From contig CAZVDP010000013.1 in NCBI GenBank assembly GCA_964625945.1, forward strand, positions 17,009 to 81,008: a DNA stretch of 64,000 bases. Direction: 5' to 3'. Below are positions 55,824-64,000 of the stretch, piece by piece. Source of the DNA: an uncultured Dehalococcoidia bacterium. Lineage in GTDB: Bacteria > Chloroflexota > Dehalococcoidia > Lucifugimonadales > UBA1127. A program made the translations under genes and the position numbers. Below the pieces are notes generated by a model, which saw only the letters and a list, made by a program, of their open reading frames with translations, did no database searches and was not told the DNA's origin. The first letter of the stretch is position 1. Each line of letters begins with the position of its first letter.

Positions 55824-57691
55824 TTCAGGTTCACCAGAATTCGTTCGTCACCTAAGCGTTTCGTAACTCGCTGGTGATCAAGATGTTCCAACAAAGGCAC
55901 CGCATACTTTCGGGAGGTGCTAAACATTGTACGTACATCTGCCACGGTCAAACGTTGTTCCTTCTGAAGTCTATCAATTATCCTCTCCACCATCTCGTCA
56001 TAGGCTCTTCTAGAGAAGACAATCTGCTCGGCTACTTGAACCACGGTTCCTTCATAAACCAGGAATGCAAGGATTTCGGGGTCAACTTTGTGGTCGGTAG
56101 GTGGACTGAATGGGTTTTCATCTAACATTCGCAAGAATGCTGCTGCTTCGCTCCTGTGTCGTTCTCCTAATTGAACTGAATGCTCGCGAGACGCTACAAA
56201 TGACGTATCCTCCAGTATGAGGTTTTCTTTGGCAAGCTGGGCTAATGTGTGACTGAAGCCCTGAGGTGAAAGTCCCAATCGGCTGCGGAGCTCTTCTCTC
56301 GGTAAACCTCGGCGGAGAGGCCATTTCTCATGGAATGCACTCAACATATCTGATACGTTTTCTCGAATATGTTGCCATGAGTGTCGGGATGCTACGAGTG
56401 TCTGCGCCTCAACACTTGTGTAGCTAGGAGCGATTACGGAGCCGTCCTCTATAAGGTGACTGAATTCCTGTTGCGCTTCGTTGAGTAGTACTCCTACCCG
56501 ATTCGCAAGCTCTTGGATTGTTGTAAGCCCACGACTGGGCAATGATTCCAACAAGGCGTCTTGAGAGGTTCCCTTCGAGAGAGCTTCTAAATGTTTGAGT
56601 ACTGCCTGCTGTCCTCGCCGATGGCGTCTTGGCTTGGTATCAATTACCATCCCGCCTCCAAGGGTTGCAGTGGAGGACCGGACAACAAATGCATCTCCTT
56701 TGACGAGCGGCAACTTAGGCATTAACTGAATTTGAGCCCAACTTTCATCCCCCGGCTTAAGTGATTTCGCGTCTAATAGGCGTAACTTGCCTGTCGATTC
56801 GCTGGTTCCGGAATGGAATGTTATTCCGGTGTTGTTTTTTATCTCTCGGGATCCCCATCTCGCGACACGTAATGACACGTCGATCATTCCAGTCGGTTCT
56901 AGCCAGCTGGTATTGGTAAGGACTTCACCCCTTCGGATCTGTCTATGGTTAACTCCCGATAGATTAACGGCGACGCGAGTCCCTGGGACCGCATAGTCGA
57001 TTAATCGTTGGTGAGTTTGGAGTCCTCGAATTCTTCCTTTGAGGCCAGATGGCGCCAGTTCAATGTCTTGACCAATTGTTAGTCCGCCTTCAATAAGTGT
57101 ACCAGTGACCACCGTACCAAACCCGGTCATTGTAAATGCTCTATCGATCGGTAGGCGGGGACGCTGTAAGTCTCTTGGCGTTGTCGCTCCTTGGAGAAGG
57201 GTATCGATCTGCTTAGTTAGGACTTCGACCCCAAAATTTGTGACAGAGGATACTGGGATAATTGGTGGATCTTCTATGGATCCTTCACTGAATGTTTCGC
57301 GGATATCATCTGTCACGAGATCGAGCCATTCCTGACTGACTAAATCTACCTTGGTTAAAGCCACCACACATTTTCGAATGCCTAGGAGTTCGAGGATCGC
57401 GAGATGTTCCATGGTTTGTGGCATGACGGATTCGTCTGCTGCTACAACGAGTAGAGCAATGTCTATTGCTCCAATCCCTGCCAACATATTTTTGATGAAA
57501 CGTCCATGTCCTGGGACATCTACGATACTCACTTCGATACCACTTGGCAGAGTCATCCAGGCAAAGCCTAGATCGATCGTCATTTCTCGTTTCTTTTCTT
57601 CTTGAAGCCGATCTGGATCAATGGTGGTTAATGCTTTTACCAACGAGGATTTCCCATGATCCACATGCCCTGCGGTACCGATTACGTACAT
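55820..57691 (-). CDS. selB: selenocysteine-specific translation elongation factor
   Basis: 623-aa ORF; GTPase N-terminus MYVIGTAGHVDHGKSSL, DVPGH, TKVD; long C-terminal winged-helix region characteristic of bacterial SelB. Confidence 0.9.
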   Translation of the reverse strand: MYVIGTAGHVDHGKSSLVKALTTIDPDRLQEEKKREMTIDLGFAWMTLPSGIEVSIVDVPGHGRFIKNMLAGIGAIDIALLVVAADESVMPQTMEHLAILELLGIRKCVVALTKVDLVSQEWLDLVTDDIRETFSEGSIEDPPIIPVSSVTNFGVEVLTKQIDTLLQGATTPRDLQRPRLPIDRAFTMTGFGTVVTGTLIEGGLTIGQDIELAPSGLKGRIRGLQTHQRLIDYAVPGTRVAVNLSGVNHRQIRRGEVLTNTSWLEPTGMIDVSLRVARWGSREIKNNTGITFHSGTSESTGKLRLLDAKSLKPGDESWAQIQLMPKLPLVKGDAFVVRSSTATLGGGMVIDTKPRRHRRGQQAVLKHLEALSKGTSQDALLESLPSRGLTTIQELANRVGVLLNEAQQEFSHLIEDGSVIAPSYTSVEAQTLVASRHSWQHIRENVSDMLSAFHEKWPLRRGLPREELRSRLGLSPQGFSHTLAQLAKENLILEDTSFVASREHSVQLGERHRSEAAAFLRMLDENPFSPPTDHKVDPEILAFLVYEGTVVQVAEQIVFSRRAYDEMVERIIDRLQKEQRLTVADVRTMFSTSRKYAVPLLEHLDHQRVTKRLGDERILVNLK

Positions 57692-57764
57692 GTTTTACAC
57701 CTAGGACCTGATTAGTCACAGCATACCAGAGTGTAATCGGTATAGCCTAGTATTTATGCCTGTG

Positions 57765-59006
57765 TCAGGCTCTGACGTGTTTCGGCTTAATGCTAGTCAC
57801 GATTAAGAATAGAGTTCCTGCTGCCAACATAATGAGTGTGTTAACAAACAATGCCCAAGGGATACCAGCCCAGTCTGCAATTAGGCCTAATGGGCCTGGC
57901 CCTAACACTACTCCTACATCTCCGAATGTCCGATAGATTCCAAGAGCGAGTGGGCGGCGATGTTTAGGTACTATATCGGCTACGTAAGAGTTGCCAGCGG
58001 GTCCTTCTATCGCTTGCGCTACTCCGTATATTACAAGGCCAACAGCGAATCCTTGGATGTTGGGTGACAAAGCAACTACCATTAACGATACGGCAAACAG
58101 GAATGTGGAGGGCACGATCAATGCCTTCCGCCCTAACCGGTCCGCTAAGGCACCTGCCCACGATAGAGAAACAAGGTTAGAAGCTGAAGGAATAGTAAAC
58201 ATCAAACCGAGGTTGCGAGTGGTGAGTGCGAAGCGGGTGCGTCCGAGAAGTGGATACAAATTGAATAGGCAGGAGCCGCGCGTCAGGAACACGGCGGTTG
58301 TGACCAGAGAAACCGCGACAAATCGAGCATCCTTAATGAGATCTAGGCTTGCAACCATTGAAGATGATTGGTTGACATGATTTCCGGCTAGTTCGTCTGA
58401 TCCGGGACTTCGCTTTGCAACGTTGCCTGGAATTCGTGTCATTGCCCATAACGCTGAAATTGCTGATGTGATCCCAACAAGGAAGAAAGGAGCGTTTAAA
58501 CCAAATGTTCCTGCGGTGATACCTCCTATGGCAGGTCCCATAGTAACTCCAAGCAAGAAAGCCGTTTGATAGATGGTCATCAATCTTCCACGATTTGCGG
58601 ACGTACTCACGTCAGCGACGAAAATGACCGCCGCGGTGATGAATAACGCTGATCCAAGGCCGGCTACGAATCGGAACGCAACCAAGCTTGTATATTCCGG
58701 AATCACTCCGATCATCAGGTTGCCTAGTCCGGAGATGGTAGCGCCTAGAACGAGAACCGTTTTAGCTCCATGTCGTCCGGCAAGGATACCGGACGGAATA
58801 TTACTGAACGCACGTGCCACAGCGAAGGAACTTACCGCGATCCCGATCATAGCCGCACTCAACCCGAAGCTATTAATTAGGAGCGGGATGATTGGTACAA
58901 TAATGCCATGTCCCATTGTCATGAAAAACGTGGATAGGGATAACAAAAGGACTCTCGGTTCCTGTTTGATGGGGTCGACCAAGCTATAGTTGATCGCTGC
59001 TTGCAC
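57765..59006 (-). CDS. MFS transporter
   Basis: 413-aa ORF with GTG start; ~12 predicted TM helices; MFS loop motif GILAGRHGAK / ADRLGRK. Confidence 0.85.
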   Translation of the reverse strand: MQAAINYSLVDPIKQEPRVLLLSLSTFFMTMGHGIIVPIIPLLINSFGLSAAMIGIAVSSFAVARAFSNIPSGILAGRHGAKTVLVLGATISGLGNLMIGVIPEYTSLVAFRFVAGLGSALFITAAVIFVADVSTSANRGRLMTIYQTAFLLGVTMGPAIGGITAGTFGLNAPFFLVGITSAISALWAMTRIPGNVAKRSPGSDELAGNHVNQSSSMVASLDLIKDARFVAVSLVTTAVFLTRGSCLFNLYPLLGRTRFALTTRNLGLMFTIPSASNLVSLSWAGALADRLGRKALIVPSTFLFAVSLMVVALSPNIQGFAVGLVIYGVAQAIEGPAGNSYVADIVPKHRRPLALGIYRTFGDVGVVLGPGPLGLIADWAGIPWALFVNTLIMLAAGTLFLIVTSIKPKHVRA

Positions 59007-59078
59007 TTTCGTTAGTAAACTGTTCGTCTTCCCCTCCTGGCTATCCTCGATTCTAAGGCGGCTTCCTGTCTTTCTATA

Positions 59079-61505
59079 TTACACGAGACTTATCGGATCA
59101 ATCTCGATCTGCCATCCTTTAGGCGGCGGCATTTCTCTTATGAATCTCGGAAGGTCATCGGCGATAGAATTTTCTGCTCTCACGATCATGTGCCACCTGT
59201 ATCGCCCTTTCGAGCGGATGGGATATGCCGGAGAGGGCCCGATAATGTCTAGGCCCGATAACTGCTGTTTTGCAATTGTTGAGCGTAAGTAAGTAGCAAT
59301 TTCTCGAGTCTGGGTTTCTGCGTAAGCGGCATTGGTATGTTCGAACATGAGACGTGCGAGTCTGGAAAACGGAGGATAGCGATACTGTTGGCGGAATTCT
59401 ATTTCCGCCTCCACGTACGCTAGGTAATCTTGCTTAGCAGCCGCGACGATCGCGTAATTGTTTGGAGAGTAAGTTTGTATAATCGCGAGGCTAGGACTTC
59501 CGTCTCTTCCAGCTCGTCCAGCGACTTGGCAAAGGAGCTGGAATGTGCGTTCACCTGACCGATAATCCGGGATGTGCAGGCTCAGATCAGCGAGTATTAC
59601 TCCGACGAGTGTGACGTGCGGTAAGTCGAATCCTTTCGCGATCATTTGTGTGCCGACCAGTATTTGGTTGTCTCCACGAGCAAAACGGTCCAGTATGTCG
59701 TCGTGCGCTAGTTGATTTGGGGCTGTATCTTGGTCCCAACGAATTGGCTGTATGCCGAAGAGTCGCTCGATCTCTTGCGAAACCGTCTGTGTTCCGACTC
59801 CTAGGTGTCTGATCCTCTGACTAGAACATATGGGACATCGATTCATGTTCGACTGTCTTCGCCCGCAGTGATGGCAGAACAATCGGTCGCGATTGGCGTG
59901 GTATGTCATGGGGCGGTCGCAACTACTGCATCTTGCTGCATACCCACATTCTCTACACTGGATGATCGTGGATGATCCTCTACGGTTCAAGAATAACAGT
60001 GCTTGATCACCACGTCTTAGCGTTTCCCCGAGTTCCTGTTGAAGTCTTCTACTGAAGATGCTTCGGACTCCGGATTTGAGTTCTTCTCGCATATCAACAA
60101 TTTCGACAATAGGGAGAGGGACAGGTGTAGGCTTCTGGTGCGAGGAGGACGCGAGTCTATCGGTCAATGACAACAAATGATATTCACCGCTCAGAGCCCG
60201 CTGATGCACTGTGACCTCTGGAGTTGCACTTCCGAGAACAACGGTCGCCCCGGTCAGTTCAGCCCATTTATTGGCAACGGCGCGGGCGTGGTAGAGAGGT
60301 GGGGTATCTTGTTGTTTGTACGTCGATTCATGTTCTTCATCAAGGATGATAAGTCCGAGATCTGGTTGAGGTGCGAAAATCGCGCTCCTAGAGCCTAACA
60401 CGATATCGTAGTCGCCTTCTCGGATACGCCACCATGTATCGTATCGTTCACCTAAAGTTAGACCGCTATGAAGCAACCCGACTTTGCCCGGGAATCTTTG
60501 AGTCAGTCGTTCTGTAAGTTGTGTGGTTAGAGCGATTTCCGGAACAAGGTAGATTCCTCGCATGTTTAAGTCGATACACTTCTTGAGCGCGTGTATGTAC
60601 ACTTCAGTCTTTCCGCTTCCGGTGACGCCGTGCAGCAGGAAAGTATGTCCGGCTTGAGTTTGTAATGATGAAGCGATGGCTTGTAGTGAACTAGACTGGC
60701 TAGACGTCAGTTGAAGGTTGGGTTGGGGTGAGGTTTCTCGGCGCCGGATCGGGTCTCGGAGTTGGCGCTTCGTACGTATCTCTAAGATCCCTTTGTCGAT
60801 AACGCTTCTAACAACGTGGTGTCCAAATCGCTTCCGTAGTTGAGTTAGTTCAACTTCCGATAAAGCACTTAAGGATTCTATAAGGGCCGTTTGTTGTTTT
60901 GCACCTTTCCTGACCAACCGCATAGCTTCACTATAGGGAATCATCAGTCGTCCAAACTCGCGGTATTGGGCCTTAGCACCGCTGCGGGGCAACCACTTCT
61001 GTACAATGATTCCTTTCCGTATCAGACCCTGTATTGCTCGTCGTTTCGCGTCGTTGATGTGGAATCTTCGTAGTTGCTTTCCCTGTTTTAGTACATCGAT
61101 GACGGCTTTTTCAACTTGCGAGAGTGTTTCAGATTGTTCCTTGAGACTCATGGAATTGACATCGAGGGACAAGAACTCACGCCGTTGGAAGTCCCACGGT
61201 AGCATTAAGGCAGCCGCTTGATACAGCGAAGACAATGTTTCAAGACTGAGCCACCGCGCTAAGAGGAGCTGTTGAGGAGAAAGAAGAAATTCCGTGGTCT
61301 GGGTTTCAATTATGGGCCGAACACCTGGCACATCGGTTGCTTGTGAGATTCCGAATACTACGCCTGAGACGATTCGTGAGCCTAATGGAACCCAAACGAT
61401 GTTACCGGGTGTAACCGATGTGTTAGGGAGTATTTCATAGGTTAGTGTCCGTCCGGGTCCAAGGGGAGCATCAACTGCTATTTCGGCGTAGCTCATGGCA
61501 GTCAC
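59079..61505 (-). CDS. priA: primosomal protein N' (replication restart helicase)
   Basis: 808-aa ORF; Walker A GVTGSGKTEVY, DEEHE, Cys-rich zinc region CRECGYAARCSSCDRPMTYH...CHHCG...CPICSS. Confidence 0.92.
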   Translation of the reverse strand: MTAMSYAEIAVDAPLGPGRTLTYEILPNTSVTPGNIVWVPLGSRIVSGVVFGISQATDVPGVRPIIETQTTEFLLSPQQLLLARWLSLETLSSLYQAAALMLPWDFQRREFLSLDVNSMSLKEQSETLSQVEKAVIDVLKQGKQLRRFHINDAKRRAIQGLIRKGIIVQKWLPRSGAKAQYREFGRLMIPYSEAMRLVRKGAKQQTALIESLSALSEVELTQLRKRFGHHVVRSVIDKGILEIRTKRQLRDPIRRRETSPQPNLQLTSSQSSSLQAIASSLQTQAGHTFLLHGVTGSGKTEVYIHALKKCIDLNMRGIYLVPEIALTTQLTERLTQRFPGKVGLLHSGLTLGERYDTWWRIREGDYDIVLGSRSAIFAPQPDLGLIILDEEHESTYKQQDTPPLYHARAVANKWAELTGATVVLGSATPEVTVHQRALSGEYHLLSLTDRLASSSHQKPTPVPLPIVEIVDMREELKSGVRSIFSRRLQQELGETLRRGDQALLFLNRRGSSTIIQCRECGYAARCSSCDRPMTYHANRDRLFCHHCGRRQSNMNRCPICSSQRIRHLGVGTQTVSQEIERLFGIQPIRWDQDTAPNQLAHDDILDRFARGDNQILVGTQMIAKGFDLPHVTLVGVILADLSLHIPDYRSGERTFQLLCQVAGRAGRDGSPSLAIIQTYSPNNYAIVAAAKQDYLAYVEAEIEFRQQYRYPPFSRLARLMFEHTNAAYAETQTREIATYLRSTIAKQQLSGLDIIGPSPAYPIRSKGRYRWHMIVRAENSIADDLPRFIREMPPPKGWQIEIDPISLV

Positions 61506-61549
61506 GGCCCCATTACGTGGCGACTCGTTCGCCCAACTTCATGTTAAGA

Positions 61550-62287
61550 CTAGGCTCGGGGTTCCCCTTCATCCTGTGTGGACGGATCTTCGGGGTTGTC
61601 TGATTCGCCTTCGTTTACCTGGGTAGATGGCACTTCAGCCGGGGTTTCATCTGGTTCTTCGGCAGTCGCTTCTGTTGACTCAGCAACGGGCGCCTCAGGC
61701 GGTTCGTCCGCAGTGGCCGGTGATTCAGTCTCTGTTCCTGTTGACTCAGCAACGGGCGCCTCAGGCGGTTCGTCCGCAGTGGCCGGTGATTCAGTCTCTG
61801 TTCCTGCTTGATCGGGACCTGATGATTGAGAGGCATCTAGTTCGGCGTCCTCATTTGTGGACAGAAGGGGAGCCGAAATCTCAGTGTCTCGGGTGTCTGG
61901 TTCTTCGATGGTGTCTTCAGCAATTGATGTGGTTCTCAGCCGAATTGGTCGTTCCTTTATACGTGCTGCTCGCCCGAACCTTCCTCGCAAATAGTAGAGT
62001 CGGGCGCGTCTTACTTTCCCTCCGCGGACAACTTCAACTGATTCAATCCGAGGGGAGTATAGAGGGAAGATTCGCTCGACTCCTATGTCTCCTCGGAAAA
62101 TTGATCTAACGGTAAAAGCCGCTGCAGGACTCTTCCCTCCGGTTTTCCGGATGACTACTCCTTGGAACGTTTGAACTCGCTCGCGAGTTCCTTCACGTAT
62201 GCGAACTCCGACCTTAACGGTGTCGCCAGGTCGAAATTCTGGAATCCGTCGGTTTGGGGTCGTTGTTACAAGATGGTGGGCGTCCAT
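61550..62287 (-). CDS. rplS: 50S ribosomal protein L19 with ~130-aa acidic C-terminal extension
   Basis: 245-aa ORF; L19 core [32 protein letters not shown]...RRARLYYLR, then an E/D/P/T/A-rich tail. Confidence 0.9.
   Translation of the reverse strand: MDAHHLVTTTPNRRIPEFRPGDTVKVGVRIREGTRERVQTFQGVVIRKTGGKSPAAAFTVRSIFRGDIGVERIFPLYSPRIESVEVVRGGKVRRARLYYLRGRFGRAARIKERPIRLRTTSIAEDTIEEPDTRDTEISAPLLSTNEDAELDASQSSGPDQAGTETESPATADEPPEAPVAESTGTETESPATADEPPEAPVAESTEATAEEPDETPAEVPSTQVNEGESDNPEDPSTQDEGEPRA
61672..61806. repeat. perfect 66-bp tandem duplication (2.05 copies) inside the rplS tail
   Basis: Positions 61672-61737 are identical to 61738-61803, and the match continues to 61806. Encodes [22 protein letters not shown] twice. 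Confidence 0.95.
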
Positions 62288-62319
62288 GTAAGTTCCAAGC
62301 GTAAATTCAAGCTACAGCT

Positions 62320-62349
62320 ATTGTACTCGTTTAGGTATGTCGTGATCAA
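62320..62349 (-). promoter_or_regulatory. candidate sigma70-type promoter for rplS (TTGATC-18 nt-TACAAT on minus strand)
   Basis: Minus-strand TTGATC (62349..62344) and TACAAT (62325..62320), ~33 nt upstream of the rplS ATG. Confidence 0.35.
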
Positions 62350-62366
62350 GCACTCATCTTTGGCCT

Positions 62367-64000
62367 TTAAGTTGTCTGAGGATCCGGAGCAGGTTTGCTT
62401 ACGCGGGCTGGGATAACATCGAGTCTAGGTACTCTTAGCATCGGGTCGAACTCTTCGCTTGTATCAAGTTTAGTGGCGAGTTCTCCAAATAACGTCGTGG
62501 ATGTAACGATTCCCGATAATCCTCCGTTCAGTTTCGCTCGATAGAGCTTACGGTTAACAGGGGTGATGAGTTCTAGGAGTTCTCCATCGCTAACTCCCAG
62601 CCCATGCGCATCATCCGCGTTCAGTTCGAGAATGTCCTCGTTGACGATTTGATTATGCCCCTGAATTTCCATGATCGTAATATCCTCATTCGGCTTAACA
62701 AGGACGCGTCCAGGCACGAATAAAAGCGGGAAATCTTGAGAGATGGCGGGGATTGCGTGCTCGCGAGGAGCGACAACTTTTGCCTTCTGATCCGTGGAAA
62801 ATCCGTCACTATATAATGTTGATGTTCCTGGGTGGTTTACGGATGGGCATGGCCATTGCAATCCCCCAGTCGTCGACTGAACACGTTGGTAGGTAATACC
62901 TCCGTACGTTGGAACTAAACTTGCAATCTCGTTGAGAATCTCGGCCGAATCAGTAAACGCGAAGCCATCTATGTTCATTCTGGTGGCGATTTCTCGTAAC
63001 ACCCAGTGGAGCGGCTGTGCTTCTCCTTTGGGAGGGATTACTTGGCGAACAGCTTGTATCCTTCGATCTAGGGAGGTGTACGTTCCAGCTTGCTCGGAGA
63101 ATGCTGGCAGGGGCAGGACAATGTCGGCTAGTTCAGTAAGTTTGCTTGGGAACATCTCGTGAACCACGACTATCTCAGCTTTCGATATCGCGTGTAGAGC
63201 GAAATCGTCAATTGAAGGGTCATCCCCTACGATATGTATGGCTGCTATTTCCCCATCAAGTATGGCTTGGAATATCTGGTTAGTGCCCAATCCTTCCGAA
63301 TTTGGAACGTGGCCGTGCTTGTTGTGAGAATTGTCGACTGCGTCAATTGCTCGGTGCCCAGGCAGGAAGTCAGGGTTGCAGCCAACATCCCACGCTCCTT
63401 GATGGTTGGCACCTTTGAACATGGGGAAGAGGCCTGAGCCAGGTTTGCCAATGTTCCCAGTAGCCAATGCCAAGTTTACTAGTCCCTGAACAACGTCGTC
63501 TTGTTGCTGATCTGGGACGTTGTCTAGTCCGTAAACGAAGGCTGCGGGATCTCGTTGTCCAATCAATCTTGCTGCTGCCACGATCTGATCAGCGGGCACG
63601 CCAGTGATGTCCCCGACATAGGATGGGTTAAAGGTGCCAATCACGTTCTGTATGCTCTCCCAGCCTTCAGAGTTCTCGCGTATGAACTGCTCGTTATGCA
63701 AGCCTTCTTCAAGGATCACGTTCAAGAGGCTAGCTATAAGTGCAGACTCCGTTCCTGGGTATGGGCGGAGCCAGATTGCAGCGTGACGGGTAAGCTCGAC
63801 CTCACGCGGATCAATGATGATCAACTGTAATGAACCTGCCTTAATCCCTTGCTTTATAGGGAGCGCCACGATGTTGTGGTCTTCAGTGGTATTATTGTTT
63901 ACGATCACTACTGTTTGTGCTTGATCCAGTTCTTGTATGGTGCCGGTGGAAGCTGGGGTTCCTAAGGTTTTCCCTAACACCTTCAGCAGGGATGGTGTGG
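62367..64000 (-). CDS. molybdopterin-dependent oxidoreductase, formate dehydrogenase alpha / NuoG-like; N-terminus outside window
   Basis: Track starts at GTG 63980, but the frame stays open to the window edge (..TPSLLKVLGKTLGTPASTG). Shows MopB-family features and a C-terminal molybdopterin-dinucleotide-binding domain (VLVKPNED...LNADDAHGLGVSDGELLEL). Confidence 0.8.
   Translation of the reverse strand, partial: TPSLLKVLGKTLGTPASTGTIQELDQAQTVVIVNNNTTEDHNIVALPIKQGIKAGSLQLIIIDPREVELTRHAAIWLRPYPGTESALIASLLNVILEEGLHNEQFIRENSEGWESIQNVIGTFNPSYVGDITGVPADQIVAAARLIGQRDPAAFVYGLDNVPDQQQDDVVQGLVNLALATGNIGKPGSGLFPMFKGANHQGAWDVGCNPDFLPGHRAIDAVDNSHNKHGHVPNSEGLGTNQIFQAILDGEIAAIHIVGDDPSIDDFALHAISKAEIVVVHEMFPSKLTELADIVLPLPAFSEQAGTYTSLDRRIQAVRQVIPPKGEAQPLHWVLREIATRMNIDGFAFTDSAEILNEIASLVPTYGGITYQRVQSTTGGLQWPCPSVNHPGTSTLYSDGFSTDQKAKVVAPREHAIPAISQDFPLLFVPGRVLVKPNEDITIMEIQGHNQIVNEDILELNADDAHGLGVSDGELLELITPVNRKLYRAKLNGGLSGIVTSTTLFGELATKLDTSEEFDPMLRVPRLDVIPARVSKPAPDPQTT

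Noticed and set aside
57692-57764. tRNA-Sec (selC) or any other tRNA next to selB.
   Set aside because: The gap is only 73 nt and lacks the T-loop GTTCGAATC-like sequence and acceptor-stem complementarity. I recognised no tRNA-like sequence anywhere in the window.
61672-61806. Tandem 66-bp repeat considered as a CRISPR or minisatellite element.
   Set aside because: There are only two directly abutting copies with no spacers. They are in frame within rplS and encode a duplicated 22-aa segment, so this is a coding duplication and not a CRISPR array.
63964-63983. SECIS-like hairpin (AAGGU-GUUAGGGAAA-ACCUU on the minus strand) near the 5' edge of the Mo-oxidoreductase gene.
   Set aside because: The stem is only 5 bp, the putative UGA would lie outside the window, and the loop does not match the fdhF-type SECIS apical loop. 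The structure could easily arise by chance.
1-64000. Mobile elements, prophage, integrase or transposase genes, or a genomic island.
   Set aside because: No product resembles a transposase, integrase or phage protein. No terminal inverted or direct repeats flank any block. Housekeeping operons are contiguous throughout.

Overview
Densely coding 64-kb chromosomal core segment, roughly 50% GC by eye. It uses GGAGG-type RBSs, has many 1-11 nt (occasionally ~35-50 nt) start/stop overlaps, and often starts genes with GTG or TTG. I can support 56 protein genes and one ncRNA. I saw no rRNA, tRNA, CRISPR array, transposase or integrase.

Content, left to right:
- dapL (partial) and dapF.
- Two oxidoreductases.
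- A long minus-strand array: tsaC, a polyprenyl-synthase-like gene, pgk, apgM, tpiA, miaA.
- guaA, then a purine block purD-purE-HAD-purB-purC-DUF3105-purS.
- Two tandem DivIVA-like coiled-coil paralogs.
- A histidine block hisZ-hisG-(unknown metal-hydrolase-like ORF)-hisD-hisC-hisB.
- birA, an amidase, RNase P RNA (rnpB, hidden inside a spurious 611-aa ORF), and a COG1579 zinc-ribbon gene.
- queF.
- A surface/uptake cluster: lipoprotein trypsin-like protease, BNR-repeat protein, 865-aa family-5 substrate-binding protein, two permeases and two ATPases, with apt and the second ATPase on the opposite strand.
- lipB plus 2-oxoacid dehydrogenase E2, E1beta and E1alpha.
- An ADH, EVE-nfo, an NHL protein and a zincin.
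- A co-directional array: Mo-oxidoreductase (partial), rplS (acidic tail with a perfect 66-bp duplication), priA, MFS, selB, nurA, orf194, herA.

The best candidate for something undescribed is the translationally chained nurA-orf194-herA cassette, which is also coupled to selB. Second is the phosphoesterase-like ORF embedded in the his operon.

Lineage is not established; gene content hints at a monoderm deep-branching bacterium such as Chloroflexota. All homology calls are by-eye motif recognition. No database search was possible.
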